A stretch of 64,000 nt of DNA from Fistulifera solaris (taxonomy: Eukaryota): assembly GCA_030295235.1 (NCBI GenBank), contig AP026129.1:992001-1056000 (forward strand). Direction: 5' to 3'. Below, piece after piece: positions 44,926 to 58,468 of the stretch. The position numbers and the translations under genes were made by a program. Position 1 is the stretch's first letter; each line of letters begins with the position of its first letter. The notes beneath the pieces were generated by a model, which had not been told where the DNA came from, did no database searches, and saw nothing but the letters and a program-made list of their open reading frames with translations.

Positions 44926-46527
44926 ATGCATGGCTCACACGATTATAAGTCGTTCATTCTTCCATTGTTTGTCTCTCTTTTACGAAATGCGGACGCCCAA
45001 ACTTGTAGCGCACTGGACGGTTATCCGCGTGTAGACAATCAACCATTGCGCCCGAACGATTTGCCAGCCGTGCAATTGTTCAACGATTGGCAAAACTCAA
45101 CCGTTTCAATTCTGGGAAACGATGCTTTGTTGCTCAATGTATCCTCTGGATCGATTCGACAGGCGGGGTATAGCAACTATACGTCACAAGTCGAACTACT
45201 GTCAAAGATTGTCACCGCCGAAGAAGTGAGTCGCATGCTGCAACTATTGAATAGTCCTCAAACGTCTTTGGATCAAGATCCCGATACGGTCGATGGATTT
45301 TCGACACAAGAATTCTTTCTAGATAACGATAGTCTCCGCAATGGCGAATCCGGAAAGCCCGGCTTTGAGTCCCCCGAGCAAGCGGAACATCGCCGCGAAC
45401 TGAGACAAGCTTTACAGAATATCGCACAACCCATACTGGAAGAACGCATCACGCCGTATGTCAATCAACGCTTCCCAACCTGTCAAGGTCGATGTACACC
45501 CTGTTACTCGCTCATTCGTCGTTACTTGTACGGGGAGCGCCAATCGCATGCTCCTCATCGGGACGGTCATTCCTTTGTGACCGTGGTCGTTAGTTTGAGT
45601 GATTACGGAACCGATTATCTCGGGGGACTCTATGTCGCCTCGGAAACCAGTCATCCGTACTACTTGAGACTCCAACAAGGAGACGCGGCGGTCCATCAGA
45701 GTGATCTTTTGCATGGAGTCAAAGTATACCCCGTTGAAACGGAGAATGGCCTTCACGCGACCCGTTGGTCCTGGATTCTGTGGTTCCGCGATTCGGAACA
45801 ATGTGAGGATGAGTCGCACGTGTGGTTCAAAGACTGTGCGGAAAAGGGAAATCCGACCTGTCAAATGATGCACGCCACCAAGGTATCGAGTATTCCGGGC
45901 ATTTCTTCCGAAGAAGCCATGAAAGAGGTTGTCTTTTGGAATCAGAAAGCGGCAGAAATGGGTCACGCGACGGCTTGTGTCAAATTGGCTCGTGCATTGT
46001 TGGGCAAATTACCGTCTCATTTGAAGAAGGATCGAAAGGAAGCCAGGAAATTGTTTTTGAGAGCCATAGAATCGTCGAATGACCCCGATGCACAGTACGG
46101 CATGGCCACCCTGTATTTGGAAGACGCCAGTACGAACGTAATATTGGGACGCCCAAACGACGATCTGGTGAAGAAGGCTGTAGCCCATTTAGAAGCGTCC
46201 GCTCTTGGAGGTCATCCATTCGCCATGTTCAATCTGGGCATGGTGCACATGATGGGATATGGGACGAAAATTGACCATGCTTTGGCCGGAGAATGGTTCG
46301 AGGCATCGGGACTACCGGAAGGATTGGCGGCTCGATCGATGCACTATTCGTCCATGGGGGAACCCGAAAAAGCGGCCGAGTTCCAAAGAAGAGCTCAGTC
46401 CTTGGGCTTTGGAGCCCCCTGGCGCGTTCTGGCTCGCGAAAGTACGGGTTATGGCGGTGCCGGTGGCATCGATTTCAATTTGCCGTGGCCTCCCAACGAA
46501 TCGAATCGAGTTCCTCCAAAATGGTAA
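44926..46527 (+). CDS. 2OG-Fe(II) oxygenase domain fused to Sel1-like repeats, probably secretory
   Basis: HRD...LLHGV...TRWSWILWF (HxD/H/R). Sel1 motifs AAEMGHATAC, DPDAQYGMA and GHPFAMFNLG. Hydrophobic N-terminus ending ADA-Q. Confidence 0.75.
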   Translation: MHGSHDYKSFILPLFVSLLRNADAQTCSALDGYPRVDNQPLRPNDLPAVQLFNDWQNSTVSILGNDALLLNVSSGSIRQAGYSNYTSQVELLSKIVTAEEVSRMLQLLNSPQTSLDQDPDTVDGFSTQEFFLDNDSLRNGESGKPGFESPEQAEHRRELRQALQNIAQPILEERITPYVNQRFPTCQGRCTPCYSLIRRYLYGERQSHAPHRDGHSFVTVVVSLSDYGTDYLGGLYVASETSHPYYLRLQQGDAAVHQSDLLHGVKVYPVETENGLHATRWSWILWFRDSEQCEDESHVWFKDCAEKGNPTCQMMHATKVSSIPGISSEEAMKEVVFWNQKAAEMGHATACVKLARALLGKLPSHLKKDRKEARKLFLRAIESSNDPDAQYGMATLYLEDASTNVILGRPNDDLVKKAVAHLEASALGGHPFAMFNLGMVHMMGYGTKIDHALAGEWFEASGLPEGLAARSMHYSSMGEPEKAAEFQRRAQSLGFGAPWRVLARESTGYGGAGGIDFNLPWPPNESNRVPPKW

Positions 46528-46801
46528 TTGATCTTTGATTCAATGATAGTACAAGTTGTATGTATTTTTGTTAAACCAACTATGTATATTAGTGCGAATT
46601 GCAAACTAACGAACACTCCGGAGTAATAATACTAATGATAAGTTAGTTTTTAGTTTTTTTAGTTGGTTAGGGATAGAACTCAGAAAGTGTTTCGGAGGAA
46701 CGACGGTTGACTGACGCGCCAGTAATTTTTCACGTTATAATGGTACTCGTTGTAATTCTTTTCATCCTCATCCTTGTTGGACCCATACCGAATTTTTCAA
46801 C

Positions 46802-46860
46802 TACCCGGTACGGTACCGGTACCGGACCGGTACAGCCCTACCGGTACTCCGTACTCCGGA
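46802..46860. repeat. GGTAC(C) low-complexity tract; longest example of a dispersed intergenic family
   Basis: cccggtacggtaccggtaccggaccggtac...ccggtactccgtac; similar tracts in many intergenic gaps. Confidence 0.8.
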
Positions 46861-47079
46861 GTATTTCGCTTTTCACCGCCCGGCGCACGGCACAAGTCGT
46901 TGCAATTTTTTACCAGCTATTGCGGCGGGTGGAATAACACCACTACAAGTACAGGTTCTAGAAACAGAATAAAAATCGTTCAAGAACAGTATTTCCTTCA
47001 ATAATATCGAATATTGAATGCTTATGCTAAGCGTCTAGCTCTGTGGAGTATTTCGGTAAATACAAAGTAGCTGCTTAGA

Positions 47080-48964
47080 ATGGTAAGCGATGAAGAGATC
47101 CACGGAAGAGTCTCTTCCGTAGCGTGGGGCGTGTCCATTCGATCGCAGTGTTTGTATCCACACTTCTCTCACTGTGTTTGTGCTTTTACATCGTATTTTG
47201 AATTAATATTTTATTGCAGTTCGGTCTCGCCTTCAGCGGAGCAAAAAGAGGCGAGGAGTATGGTTTACGCGTGCAGAAGAGTGCCCAACTTCGGAAATCA
47301 ACCAAATTTGTTGTTCCGAAGGTTACGCACGCGGAAGACCCCGTCGAGAAAGCAAATTTAAAACGAAATAGGAGAAGAAGGCGGCCAAAGAAACCTCAGC
47401 CGGAGGGCACAACGTATCCGAAAATTCTGTCAAAGAAGCCACACGATACTCCGATGACCAAGCGTGATTTGTATTTCTGTCTTCGATGCGGCATGGTTGT
47501 AGTAGGAAAGCAAGGCATGGATAGTGCCGTAGGCCGGGTGGTTCTTGTGAATTGGGAGAATGAGACCGTCTTTGATAAGTTTGTCAAAGTCCCGCTCCAT
47601 GTGGCCGATTACAGCACTTCCGAGACCGGAATCAGCGAGAAGGATCTCTCGTCTTCTGGTGCAATTACATTTGATCAGGCTCGAAAAGAAGTGGGCAGAC
47701 TAATAAAAGGAAAAATCTTAATAGGCCATGGTCTGGAGGTCGACTTGGCTTCTCTCGGATTGAGTCATCCTTCGAGTGATACCCGAGATACAGCAACGTA
47801 CACTGCATATATGAAGGAAGTTACTGACGTCAAATCTCCTATGCTTTTGCCGCAAGAATTGTCAACTCTCAGTAAAAAAGAATTAGGTCGAGATGTTGGG
47901 ATTGGCCCTGTTTCTCAGGCAAAAGTTTGCTTGGAACTCTACAAGGCAGCTCGATCAAGCTGGGAGACTGAACTAATGCACTTGATGCAACAGAAGGAGA
48001 GACAGAGACAGATGGTCATGTCCATGCGGGCGAGTAGCCAAGGAAATTCGCGAATCAATGGAATTTCTGTACCGCTTTCTGCAATTCGAGAGAATGATGC
48101 GTTACTTCAGCAGGGGTATCGACAGGGTGGGCCTGCTTTTCCTTGTACTTCTTCAGTAGATTCCGGTTCTCAGAGTGGGTCATATTATTATGACGACGAG
48201 CTGACGTCTGAGACAAGTTATTTTAGTTTTGAAACGGACAATTTGTCAACGGTGTCACCGAATCGCGCTCCAGCGCTATCGGAGTTCAGTGTGTCGTCGC
48301 AAGGTCGGGCGTCTGTTCTGTCCCAGCCGCTTCAATATTACGACGTAGATTACTCAGAAAGGCGTTTCACAGATGTTTTTTCAGCACCTCAGAACCGCGA
48401 GGCGAGCAAAATAAAGAATAGCCGGGCGAGTTCAGTGTTGAGTAATCTTCCCGGACCGTGTGATAGAACCGATATTTGGGGGTTTCGAAACCTCTGGGCT
48501 ATATAGCCTCTCCGTCTCAAGACGCGCACATCCCTAAGATGACGACTTTTGCGTCAGAAGACAAGCGGGATGAAGGAAGTCTTTGGTCAGCGGTTTCTAT
48601 GGAGCAATGTGGGCCGGAAATTTTGAATACTCATGCGACAAAACCTCCATTCTCCGATGACGAAGAACTTTTAAGGCACCTCCCGTCAGCGCTTCTTGCC
48701 GATCTCGACCAGGATATAAATTGGACTCTTTGTTCCAATCCCACAGTTGAAAAGGAGACCGCGGAGAGCTCCACTCTATGGTACCGAACACGGAGGAAGC
48801 AGAAGAGTCTGTCGGATTTTGGGTTGCGACATACTAGTGAATCTGGCAGACCAATCATTCGCTTCATGAGAACTTCATCTTTAGACAACATTATTATGAA
48901 GGAGGAGAAGAAAACACCGGGGATCTGGTTTCGCTCCTTGAGAATGCCCCATGCTTCCAGGTAA
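47080..48964 (+). CDS. REX4-like DEDDh exonuclease-fold protein with degenerate active site
   Basis: ATG then intron 47083-47219. GRVVLVN, FDKFVK, KGKILIGHGLEVDL and HP..RDTA. Homopolymer frameshift at ~48480. Confidence 0.75.
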
Positions 48965-49558
48965 TCCTCTCCAGCGTTCACGTCTGCCTTTCTTCGAAGA
49001 CCGTTCCAAAGTCTGACTTGTATCAAATTGTTGGTTGTACTAAATTAGAGATGAAGCAGATCCGAAGTGAAGAAGTTGTATGCATGAGTAGATAGCTAAA
49101 CGCTGAACATGAATGTACCGGGTGCCAGTACAGTACCGGTACGGTACCGTACCTGTCGTGATGATGATTCACAATGCTGGACTGGTTTGCCACACTGTTG
49201 ATGAGGTTCGCTTTGGGACATTTTATTGATTTATCATATTATAAAATGAACTACCTTTAACCTTAAAAGTATAGACGGATTGATTTGACGTTTCATGGAT
49301 AGGTGAGGAGAAAACAGGGACACACGCTCGCACGCGCAAGATCGAGCATTGCAAGACGACGAGATTGTCCCCTAAAAAACTTGACTAACTACCAAGTACA
49401 TTGATTGATGATTGCTAATTTCAATCATAACTAAAAGAAGTGTTGCTGATAAAATTACGCTTACATTCTTAATTTGTTGCGAGAAAATAAGTTTCCAGCA
49501 AGAAGCGTGAGCGCGTATCGCAAAGTGACCCCCGGTTGAACTTTTCAGCTGAGATACG

Positions 49559-52500
49559 ATGAAGGGCGAGGACGCCGCATTGGTATCAGACGACGGGGGC
49601 GATCCGGGCTTTTCAAGAAACGTTTCTTCTCCGGGCGCAGATACACCCAACAATTTGACATCGACTCCGTCGTCAACTGACTCCAAAGGATCTGCCGGGC
49701 GACCTTGGAAATCCCGAGTCAAGTCCGCTCTCGGTTCGCTTCGGAAAAACAGACGGGCGAGTAGAGAGAAAGCTAACTCAGCGATGGCCGAGCCGTCCAG
49801 CAGTGAAGATTCCGATGTTGTTGAAACTCAAGGAGGCAACGATGATATCGGAGACGTTGTTAAGTCTTTGGACTTTAAACTGTCGTCCCCGTCGTCTGGT
49901 TCGACAGCAGGGCCTCCTTCCGTCGCTTTTCCATCTGATTCTAATTTATCGACCGAGAGAAGCGGCGATGCAACGGATCCTGATTTACTAGCCATTTTGC
50001 GTGAAGTGTCACTGAAATCATCGGGGGCTGGACGTTTTGACGATACTGAGGACGTTGAAAATACGGCTGGCTCAACCGATGTGGAAAATTCTGCCATGCG
50101 AACTATCATTACAGCAGATCTCGACGATATCGAAGAGGAAACATTGAAAGACTCGAAAACTGAAGCATTATTTGTGAGCAATTCACGTCCCATCGAAGCA
50201 TCTGGGTATGGCATAAAATCGGAGTTCCAGTCGACCTTTCAGGGCGATCGTGGTGGTGCTGCAGAGGATGCCGAACTTCTGGCTTTATTGCGTGGAGTGT
50301 CGGCCAAGTCAAGTGGTGCCGATCGCTTTGCTGACTCTAGCGATGATGTCTCTTCAATGCAACACATCCATGAGCGAGCCGCTCCGTCCCCAGTATCTGC
50401 GAAGAATAGGGAAACCGCGATCAAGAAGACCAACAATCTACCTCCTTGGAAGCGAAAGGAGGCTGCAAAGGTTACCACCACTACCGACGACGTAGTTGTT
50501 GTTGCTGCGCCAAAAGTAAATTTTCCGGTGACATCGGGAGGTACAGCCGAGCAAGTGTCGCTTGCTGTCGAATCAACTGGGTATGGTATCAAATCAGAGT
50601 TCCAGTCGACCTTTCAGGGCGAGCGTGGTGGTTCTGCAGAGGATGCCGAACTTCTGGCTCTACTGCGTGGAGTGTCGGCCAAGTCAAGTGGTGCCGATCG
50701 TTTTGCTGACTCTAGTGATGATGCCCCCCAAGTTGAGCAAAGTCACGACAGAGTGGCCCCACTCCCACCACCAGTATCTGCAAAAAGCGAGACCCCGGTC
50801 AAGAAATCTGACAATCTACCTCCTTGGAAGCGACGGGGAACTACAAAGGCTAATACTGTAGATGCAGTTATCGTCGCTGCACCAAAAGCGAAAGGCCCGT
50901 TGCCGTCGGAGGATACATCATTTAAAAAATCGTTGCTTGCTGTCGAAGCATCTGGATATGACATCGAGTCTGAGTTTCAATCAACCTTCCAGGGATCTGC
51001 AGAGGATGCCGAACTTCTGGCTTTACTGCGTGGCGTATCGGCCAAGTCAAGTAGTGCCGATCGCTTTGCTGACTTAAGCGATGATTTACCTCAAGTACAA
51101 CAAAGTCATCAGCGAGCAGCGCCCTCCGCAAAAAGCGAGCCCGCGATCAAGAAGACCGACAATCTACCTCCTTGGAAACGAAGGGGACCTGTAACGGCTA
51201 TTACTGAAGATGCGGTTGCCGTCGCTGCATCTAAAGCGAAGGGCCCGGTGCCGTCGGAGGATACAGCCGAGCAAGCGTCGCTTGCTGTTGAATCAACTGG
51301 GTATGGGTTCAAGTCTGAGTTTCAATCGACCTTCGAGGGCGAACGTGGCGGGTCTGCAGAGGATGCCGAACTTCTAGCTTTACTGCGTGGGGTATCGGCC
51401 AAGTCAAGCGGTGCCGATCGCTTTGCTGAGTCGAGTGACGCTGCTGCCGAGGTGAAAGAGAATCGCAGTCAAACGCTACCCAAGCAAGAGGCAACCCAAA
51501 AGCTTGCGCCGAGCGCTGATCAGAGTCATCCGAACACAACTCTAAAGCTTCGTCTTTCTGAATATAGCTCGGCCCGTGATGCTGAACAAGCTGGAGAACA
51601 AAATCTCGATCGGGGCAGTGTTAGGGAGGCTCTAAACAGTAAAGATTGGAAAACACGAGTCAGAGCATTTGAGTATCTTATCTCAAACACGAACCGGTTC
51701 AGCGCTTCACATGAACTTGGCGATAGTGACATCCTCTTAGATGGCTTGGATGCAATGATTCCCCGTTTCTTTGAAGATATGCAGGTTGCGGTATTGGACA
51801 AAGCACTTGAGTTCGGTTTACTTTATGCAAAGTACTGTAAAGGGGCAACAAATCCGGAACAAGCGCGTGCAATCTCGTCTTCGTTATTGAAAAGAATGCA
51901 TTTGCTTCTCGACCTTCAACAACATCTCTGGCCCACGCATTGGTACTGAAGTTGATTGAAGTTGGAGACACTGGTAAATCTTCCTTAGATGCCGTTGTGG
52001 AAGTAATGTTGCAAGAAGGAATGATTTCCAGGAAGCCCAAGATCGTGCAGGCCGTATCGATCATTCTCCACGATGTGACTGTTCATTTTGGATTCGCGAA
52101 CCTTCCTTTGCCGTCGCTCGTTGAGTATTTACCAAAATTGCTTGCACATACGAACGCCGTAGTCAGAGAGAATGGCCTTAAAATTACCGCCGAAATCTGT
52201 CGCGGTTTGGGTTCCAAAGCAGCCATTCAAAATGTGGTAGACCAGATGAAAAGCGCGCAAATATCACAATTAGACAAGTTACTCGATGACCAGTCACACC
52301 CTTCTCCAATCATGACAGGTTTTCGCTCTTTAGAGAGGACACCTGCCGAACCGACGCCGGACAGTGATGCAGTTGCAATGCTGACAGCGCAGGCAGAGGA
52401 ACTAGAGGCAGAGCGTTTTGCGTCTCGCCCTGCTGTTGATCTTCTTTCATCTTTAAACAGGACCGAGTATTCTATCCGGCTGCAACACCCGAAGTGGTCC

Positions 52501-55500
52501 GAAAAGGTTGCAGCCCTGCAGATGGCCCTCGAGTGCGGTGGTCAAACGCCGTATAAACTTGTCCAACCTTCTTCAACCGTTAATTATGGCCCTCTCATTG
52601 CGGACATGAAAGGCTTGCTATCACACACTCACTTTGCTGTTTGTAGTAACGCAATGCAGGTTCTGTGCATGTTAGCGGAAGGTGTCGGTGAGAAGCTTTT
52701 TCCTAATTTGCGACCACTTCTCGCGAGTTTGTTTCGACTTTTAAAGGATAAAAAGCTAACAAAGGGAGTAGGACATTGTCTGGATTCATTTTTCGGTAAC
52801 ATTGTGGGCTTTAGCCATTTACTTGAAGACGATGCTCTGCCTGCCTCTTTTGACGAGAAAATTGAGAAAAATGCCCTTGCTCGTACTGCTTCAATGGAAT
52901 TCTTAGGTCGGTGTGTTAGCCGTGCCTCCAAAGCTGGCCCTCGCGGCACACTAGACGGCGATAACTTCACCCGGATCGCTTCGCTGTGCACTGACAAACT
53001 CGACGATTCAGACGCATCCGTTCGCAAGGCGTCGATGAACGTATTGCTACTACTCATAGAATCGGCAAACTCTGCATTTCGTGACAAGGTACGCAATTTT
53101 GTCGAATCTTTGAGAGTCTCAAATCCTAGAGCGCACAAAGCGTTAGCGAAAGTGATCGAGACTACAGTCACGCCAACTGTGTCCGCAAGTGAGACATCGC
53201 GGAAAACGAACAAAAGTAAACTTTCTACTTTTGAAACAAGAAGCAATCCATCGTCAAGAGATGCTTCCAATGCTCCCGTCGCCGCCGACGAAGCCCAGAA
53301 AGGTGGAAACAAGCCTGAAACAGAAGCTAGTAACATTATCAAGTCTCCTGGATTAGAAGAGGCTCTTGAAGTTGCTGCAAGCCTGGAAGTCCCCCAATGG
53401 GGCGATGTTGACGAAAATGGTGGCATTTATGCTGGGTTGAATTGTAAGTGCATTGTTTGGGTGTACTTTGCATAACGAACAAAACTTACAGCTGTTTTCA
53501 GCGTCTAAATGGCTTCATCGCCAAAAATTCAATCAGGGGTATCATTAATTATATAGAGTCGGGAAACATTGATACTTCGACATTAGACGTGGAAACAAAA
53601 TCGAGCGCGTTAATGCTTCTTGTCAAAGAGCACACTCGAGGTTTCAAGGAAACGAACGTGAATATTTTGAAAGCAATTATGGAACTTTTTATTGCCGTAT
53701 GTGAGTATCACGAGGCAAAGGAGAGTTTACTAGGAAAGTGGATCGTACATGACGGAGTCGACCTGGCCATCCAGAAGATTTCTGACAAAAAACTGGTTGG
53801 ATGTTGTAAAGCATTGTTGACTCATTTGTGCGTCGTAGCTTCCCCTGGATCTGTTATTGGTGCAATTGTTTCGGCTGTGAAAGTTGCCAAAGCACCTTTA
53901 GTACACGAAGAGTCGCTTCGTTGGGTGATTACATTCTACTACGACTTTGGGGCCTCTTCATTGGGTTCTGAAGTTTCAATATTAGCTTCATGGGCTGCTG
54001 AGGTAAGTTGTGATTATCATTTCCATGTGACGGGGTAATGGGTAATCTTAACTTGGTCTGATAACTCTACAGGAGTTGAAGACAACAAACCCAAAAATCA
54101 AGAAAGAGGCACAGGCAGTGTTAGCCGGCTTGGTGAGTCAACTAGGGCCAAGCATCAAAGTATTGGTTATGTCCTTGATAAAATCGCCCGACATGAAGGG
54201 CGATATGGAGCTCTGTTTATCAAAGGTATCATATGATCCCACGTCTCTTCCGGCGTCTTGGCCAAAACAGTCACTAGCTGACCGCTCCTTGTCGGTGAGT
54301 GGGCCTGAAAACCAAACGATATCTAAATTTGACTTGCCCAAAACAGATTTGTTTTCTTTGCTACCTCCCGATACGGTTTCCAAATTGGTGCGTATAAATC
54401 TTATTAGTTGCAGCGCTTTCCCAGCATGAATCTTAACCTTTTTTTGTTACAGGGGACACTATGCGGCAAAGCAGCGTGGAAGCAGAGAAAGGAGGCCCTT
54501 GATGAGGTCGAACGAGCTCTTTCAGAATGTGGCGGCTTAGTGGACTCGGGCTCTATTCAGAGGAAGAAATTGGCCGACCTTTCACGCGCTCTAAAGGATC
54601 GCTTATCAGATACACAAATAAATCTTAGACCGGTTGCCGCGAGAAGTATAGGGACATTGCTGTCGTCTGTCGAATCATCGGTCCAAGCAAAGCTTGGCAG
54701 AATTGTTTATTCGCCTCTCATAAACGCTGCCATGACTGATATCAAGAAACAAATGAGGGATGCGTGTTTAACGGCACTAAGAGCGGGGACTTCTCTTCAT
54801 TCCACAGAGGGTAATGGGCTTAACATCGAAGCAGTGGAACCTATACTTTCAGCAGTGATCAGTGAAGTAACCGAGTCAACTACAAGGGTAAGTGTCGAAG
54901 ATTTCGTGTTCTTTTTGATGATAAAGTCTCATTTGTGAATTCATTTGAAAGGCTTCCGGTCTCGCTGAAGTCCTAGAGTTTTTGTGCGATCTCGCTGCTA
55001 CATTACCGAATCTTGACGAATTGTCGTCGTCAGCGGGCCAGCCACTAGGGATGCCTTTCGCGCAAGTCATCGTGGAGTGTCTGACCTCATCCAAGATGGA
55101 GACAAGATCTGCGGCAACTGGGCTCTTAGAGGTGGTTCTAGGTAACAGAGTGATCAGCGCAGAAAACTTTAGAAAGGCTGTAGGAAAGCTTGTGCCTGCC
55201 AAACAACGAACGGTTGGCCCATTAGTGGCCAAGTATGCGGATACAGAAGATTTGACTCTGCAAGTGCATACCACTTCTGGCGACCCCTCAAAAAATCGAA
55301 GTGTCCCTGCTCGATCTTCAACGAAACTGTCTGTGCCCTATCAAAAAAATCTATCTAGTCGACAACCGCAAAATGGGTCAGCTGCAATCGCAAACGACCG
55401 AGCTCAGGTTCATCGACACCCTCTTCAACCGAAGACTAATATGATGTCCCGTCCAACGTGCAAGGGGATGGTTTGGCCGGAATATCCTGAAGAGCCGCAA

Positions 55501-58468
55501 GGCACTTCCATTTTGTAAATCTTAAAAAGTCATGGAGTCAGATACTGTCCGCAAAGTCTTATGCCGCCCTATTCCCGAGCACCGGAATACGTAAGCAAGA
55601 TGAAGCCAACGTTGGTTGTGAATTTCTGCAAAAAGCTTTACAACTAGATCGCGAAGATGGCCATACGTATGTTGTGCAGCAATTGGATTTCATCTTGAAA
55701 TGGACCGTCTTCTCTTTATGTAGTAGAGAGACAACCACTGGCCTTCAAACTTTGCTGATGTTCGTGGAAGAACTGCTGTCATACTTAGTTGACTATAAAC
55801 ACGAACTCTCCGATTCTGAGGCTTTGGATTTTGTCCCGTACATAATTGACAGGGCAAGTAACGCCAAGGTATGTACATGTTGATTCTGTACTTTATGTTT
55901 CAATCCTTCTTTCTGACTGAGCTATACAAGGGACGGTTCGGCGAATTATTCCAGGGTATTGTTGAGTTGTTGAAGAAAAAGGAGCTTCTGCCAACGAAAA
56001 GGCTTGGCTCAGTTGTCTGTATTGCCATTATCGAAAGGTCACCCCACGCCAAAGCTCGTGCTCTCGCATGTCAGATCTGTCATGATTGTGTTGAAACGAT
56101 AGGCTTGAACGGTTGTGGAAAGAAGGGATTACTCGCCGCCGCGAAAGCTTTTTCCGAGGAAAAAGTAGCTGAGGTGCGTAGCGATTCGTCAGTAGCTGGT
56201 CACTCATTCGTTCGATTAATCATTTCTTCGTTTTTACAGACGAGGCTGGCCGCGTTGAATCTTCTTGAGATGATTATTGCCAAAATGAATGGGGATATTC
56301 AGCGCCTTTCAAAAATATGTGGGCCTGCACTTTCTATGAAGGCGAAGTCCGAGCTTGAAGAAAAATTGAACAAACGAAATCTCACCGTTACAAGTCCTTC
56401 GCCAAACCCTAAGTCTCACAAGTTCACGAAGAGTGCAGATTATGATGAAAACGGATTGAATATTAGCGAAGATAGACAAAGTATTCGCGACGAGTTACCC
56501 TCCTTTAGACTGGAATCTGATTCTCCGCTAGCCACCGGTCGAGATCACAAGGCAATAGGTACATTGACGGTGTCGCAAAAGGTAGAAGTGGGCGACCATT
56601 CCGATGGAACTGAGTATTACGACGCTAAGGAACACAGTGAAACACCGCGCAAACCAGATGGAACTGCAGCTTCACTTCGAATGCGTTTACTTCAAATCAA
56701 AGGGACAGGTGACTACTTTGATCAAGATGCCCCCTTTTGAGCTCGCGTCAAATTCTCCCGGAGACAATGAACGCTATGCCTGGAATGACCGAAGAGCTGT
56801 CGACGCTTAAATCCCTACTAAAAAGAAAAGGACCTCTTTCTGAACATGATGAGGAACTCATTGCATCAATAGAGGTGCTGAAAAGAATTCACGCTGCTCT
56901 CTCGGATCAGAGCGCCACAAATTCTCACATTTCAAATGATGGACTGCTCCGGCCTAGGGAATCGATGGGTGCTAATGTTGATGAATTGGTGGATCTTCTC
57001 ACTCAGTACGTGACAAATCGATTGTTACGATTTGTTTCAATTTCCTCTAAACTCTTCCGACTTTCTTTTCGTAGGATGATTGGGTTTTCGTTCGAGTGCG
57101 GAATCGAAAGCGTTAACGCGAAGATGTCCATCCCATTGCTCTCTGTGTGTCTAGCTACCTTGATGGCTTTATTTCGAGACAACGGGCTTGCGCATAGCGT
57201 CTCGCAAGATAACCTGACAGTTCTCATGAGGCAAACAGGAACGGCTCTCCTTGACAATAGACTCGGCACTTTCTCCGTTTTAGATGAAGCAACAGCTTCA
57301 CAGATGGTTCGTGCTCTAAATAAGGTACGTTCTCGGCGATCAACCTCGTCCTTGACATGCCCCATTCTAATCGATGTTTCAGTTGGCAGTCCAAGCTGCT
57401 ACAGGAGCAGTGAGGCAATATTCGTTTATGGCCTTACTTGCGCTACAGCAACAACTTTCCAGCGAGGACAGTGAAAATGCGTTCAGCAGTCGCTTGTCGC
57501 GTGTGATCCTTAAGCTTTTTATTCGAGTTGTGAAAGCCGAAGAGGGTGAGGATGCCCCTTATAACCCCTCCCGAATAGATACGGAAGCCTTGGTTTGTAC
57601 GATGGAAGACGGATTAGAAAAATGTTCGGAAGTTCGGAAAGGCTCTGCTGATTCCGAGATTTCAGGAGCTTTCTCAGAAATGGTACACCATTTGGTACAG
57701 TCAATTTGCGCTAACAAAGGGTCGGCAGTCCTTCTAAACAACATGGAAGCTTTGGGCATGGATTCAAGTTCCTCGGCGCTCTGGCGGATTGTTCAAAGTG
57801 CTGAAAGCCAGCCGCAATCACTACAAAGCGATTGTATTGAGTCACAACGTGCCTCGCGAGACGTTGCGAGACTTGTCTCTGCACTCGGCAATGCGCCAGA
57901 GGGTCCACAGCGGGAGGCGGCTTTGAATGAATTACTAGCTTTCAAGAATGCTTATGGGGACGAAGAGCTGGACGCTCATCTCAGACAACTTTCATCTGCT
58001 TTCCGTTCCTTTATTGAAGATCAACTGAGACAGCGAACCAGCCCATCCAAGCCCGCAGGTCATGCAACAGGAAGCGCCATTATGTCTGATAGATTAAGAA
58101 GTTTAAGGTCGCGACTCCAGGCAACCGAGCTTGCTCTACAAACAAACGTTGACAATTCCCATTCAAGCCCAGATAAGTTTACATACCAGGATGATTCGGG
58201 GGACAAACTTACGTATTTTCCAGGCGACATGGCTGGTTCTTTGCAAAGATCTTCGAAGCTACTCCAGCCATCTCCATCGAGGGTTGCTGTGGCAGGAAGT
58301 ACGACATCTTCATCGCTCCAGGAACGTCTCGTCATGGCGCAAGATAGTCGAAAAGGAGGATCTATTGCTGGAGGTTCGTCGTCGTCAGTGGGAACCTCGA
58401 TGGGAAGAGCCGCTGCGCTTCGTGCGCGACTGGAGGCTGTGAAAAATAAGGGAAAATCGACTTATTGA
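49559..58468 (+). CDS. XMAP215/Dis1/MOR1 family TOG-domain microtubule polymerase with long repetitive N-terminal extension
   Basis: TOG-type Trp motifs DWKTR, KWSEK, KWLHR and AWKQR; GFKETNVN, KISDKKL, RLSDTQINL, LDFILKW. Several short introns. Homopolymer frameshifts at ~51892, 53523, 55511 and 56733. Confidence 0.85.
50190..51430 (+). repeat. Coding tandem repeat, ~4 units of 115-125 aa
   Basis: GY..KSEFQSTF.G...AEDAELLALLRGVSAKSS.ADRFA starts at 50204, 50579, 50954 and 51299 (periods 375, 375, 345 nt). Confidence 0.93.

Noticed and set aside
52629..53426. Long antisense ORFs (also 20464-21123 and 34568-35155)
   Set aside because: They are shadow frames opposite well-supported genes and have no recognisable motifs.
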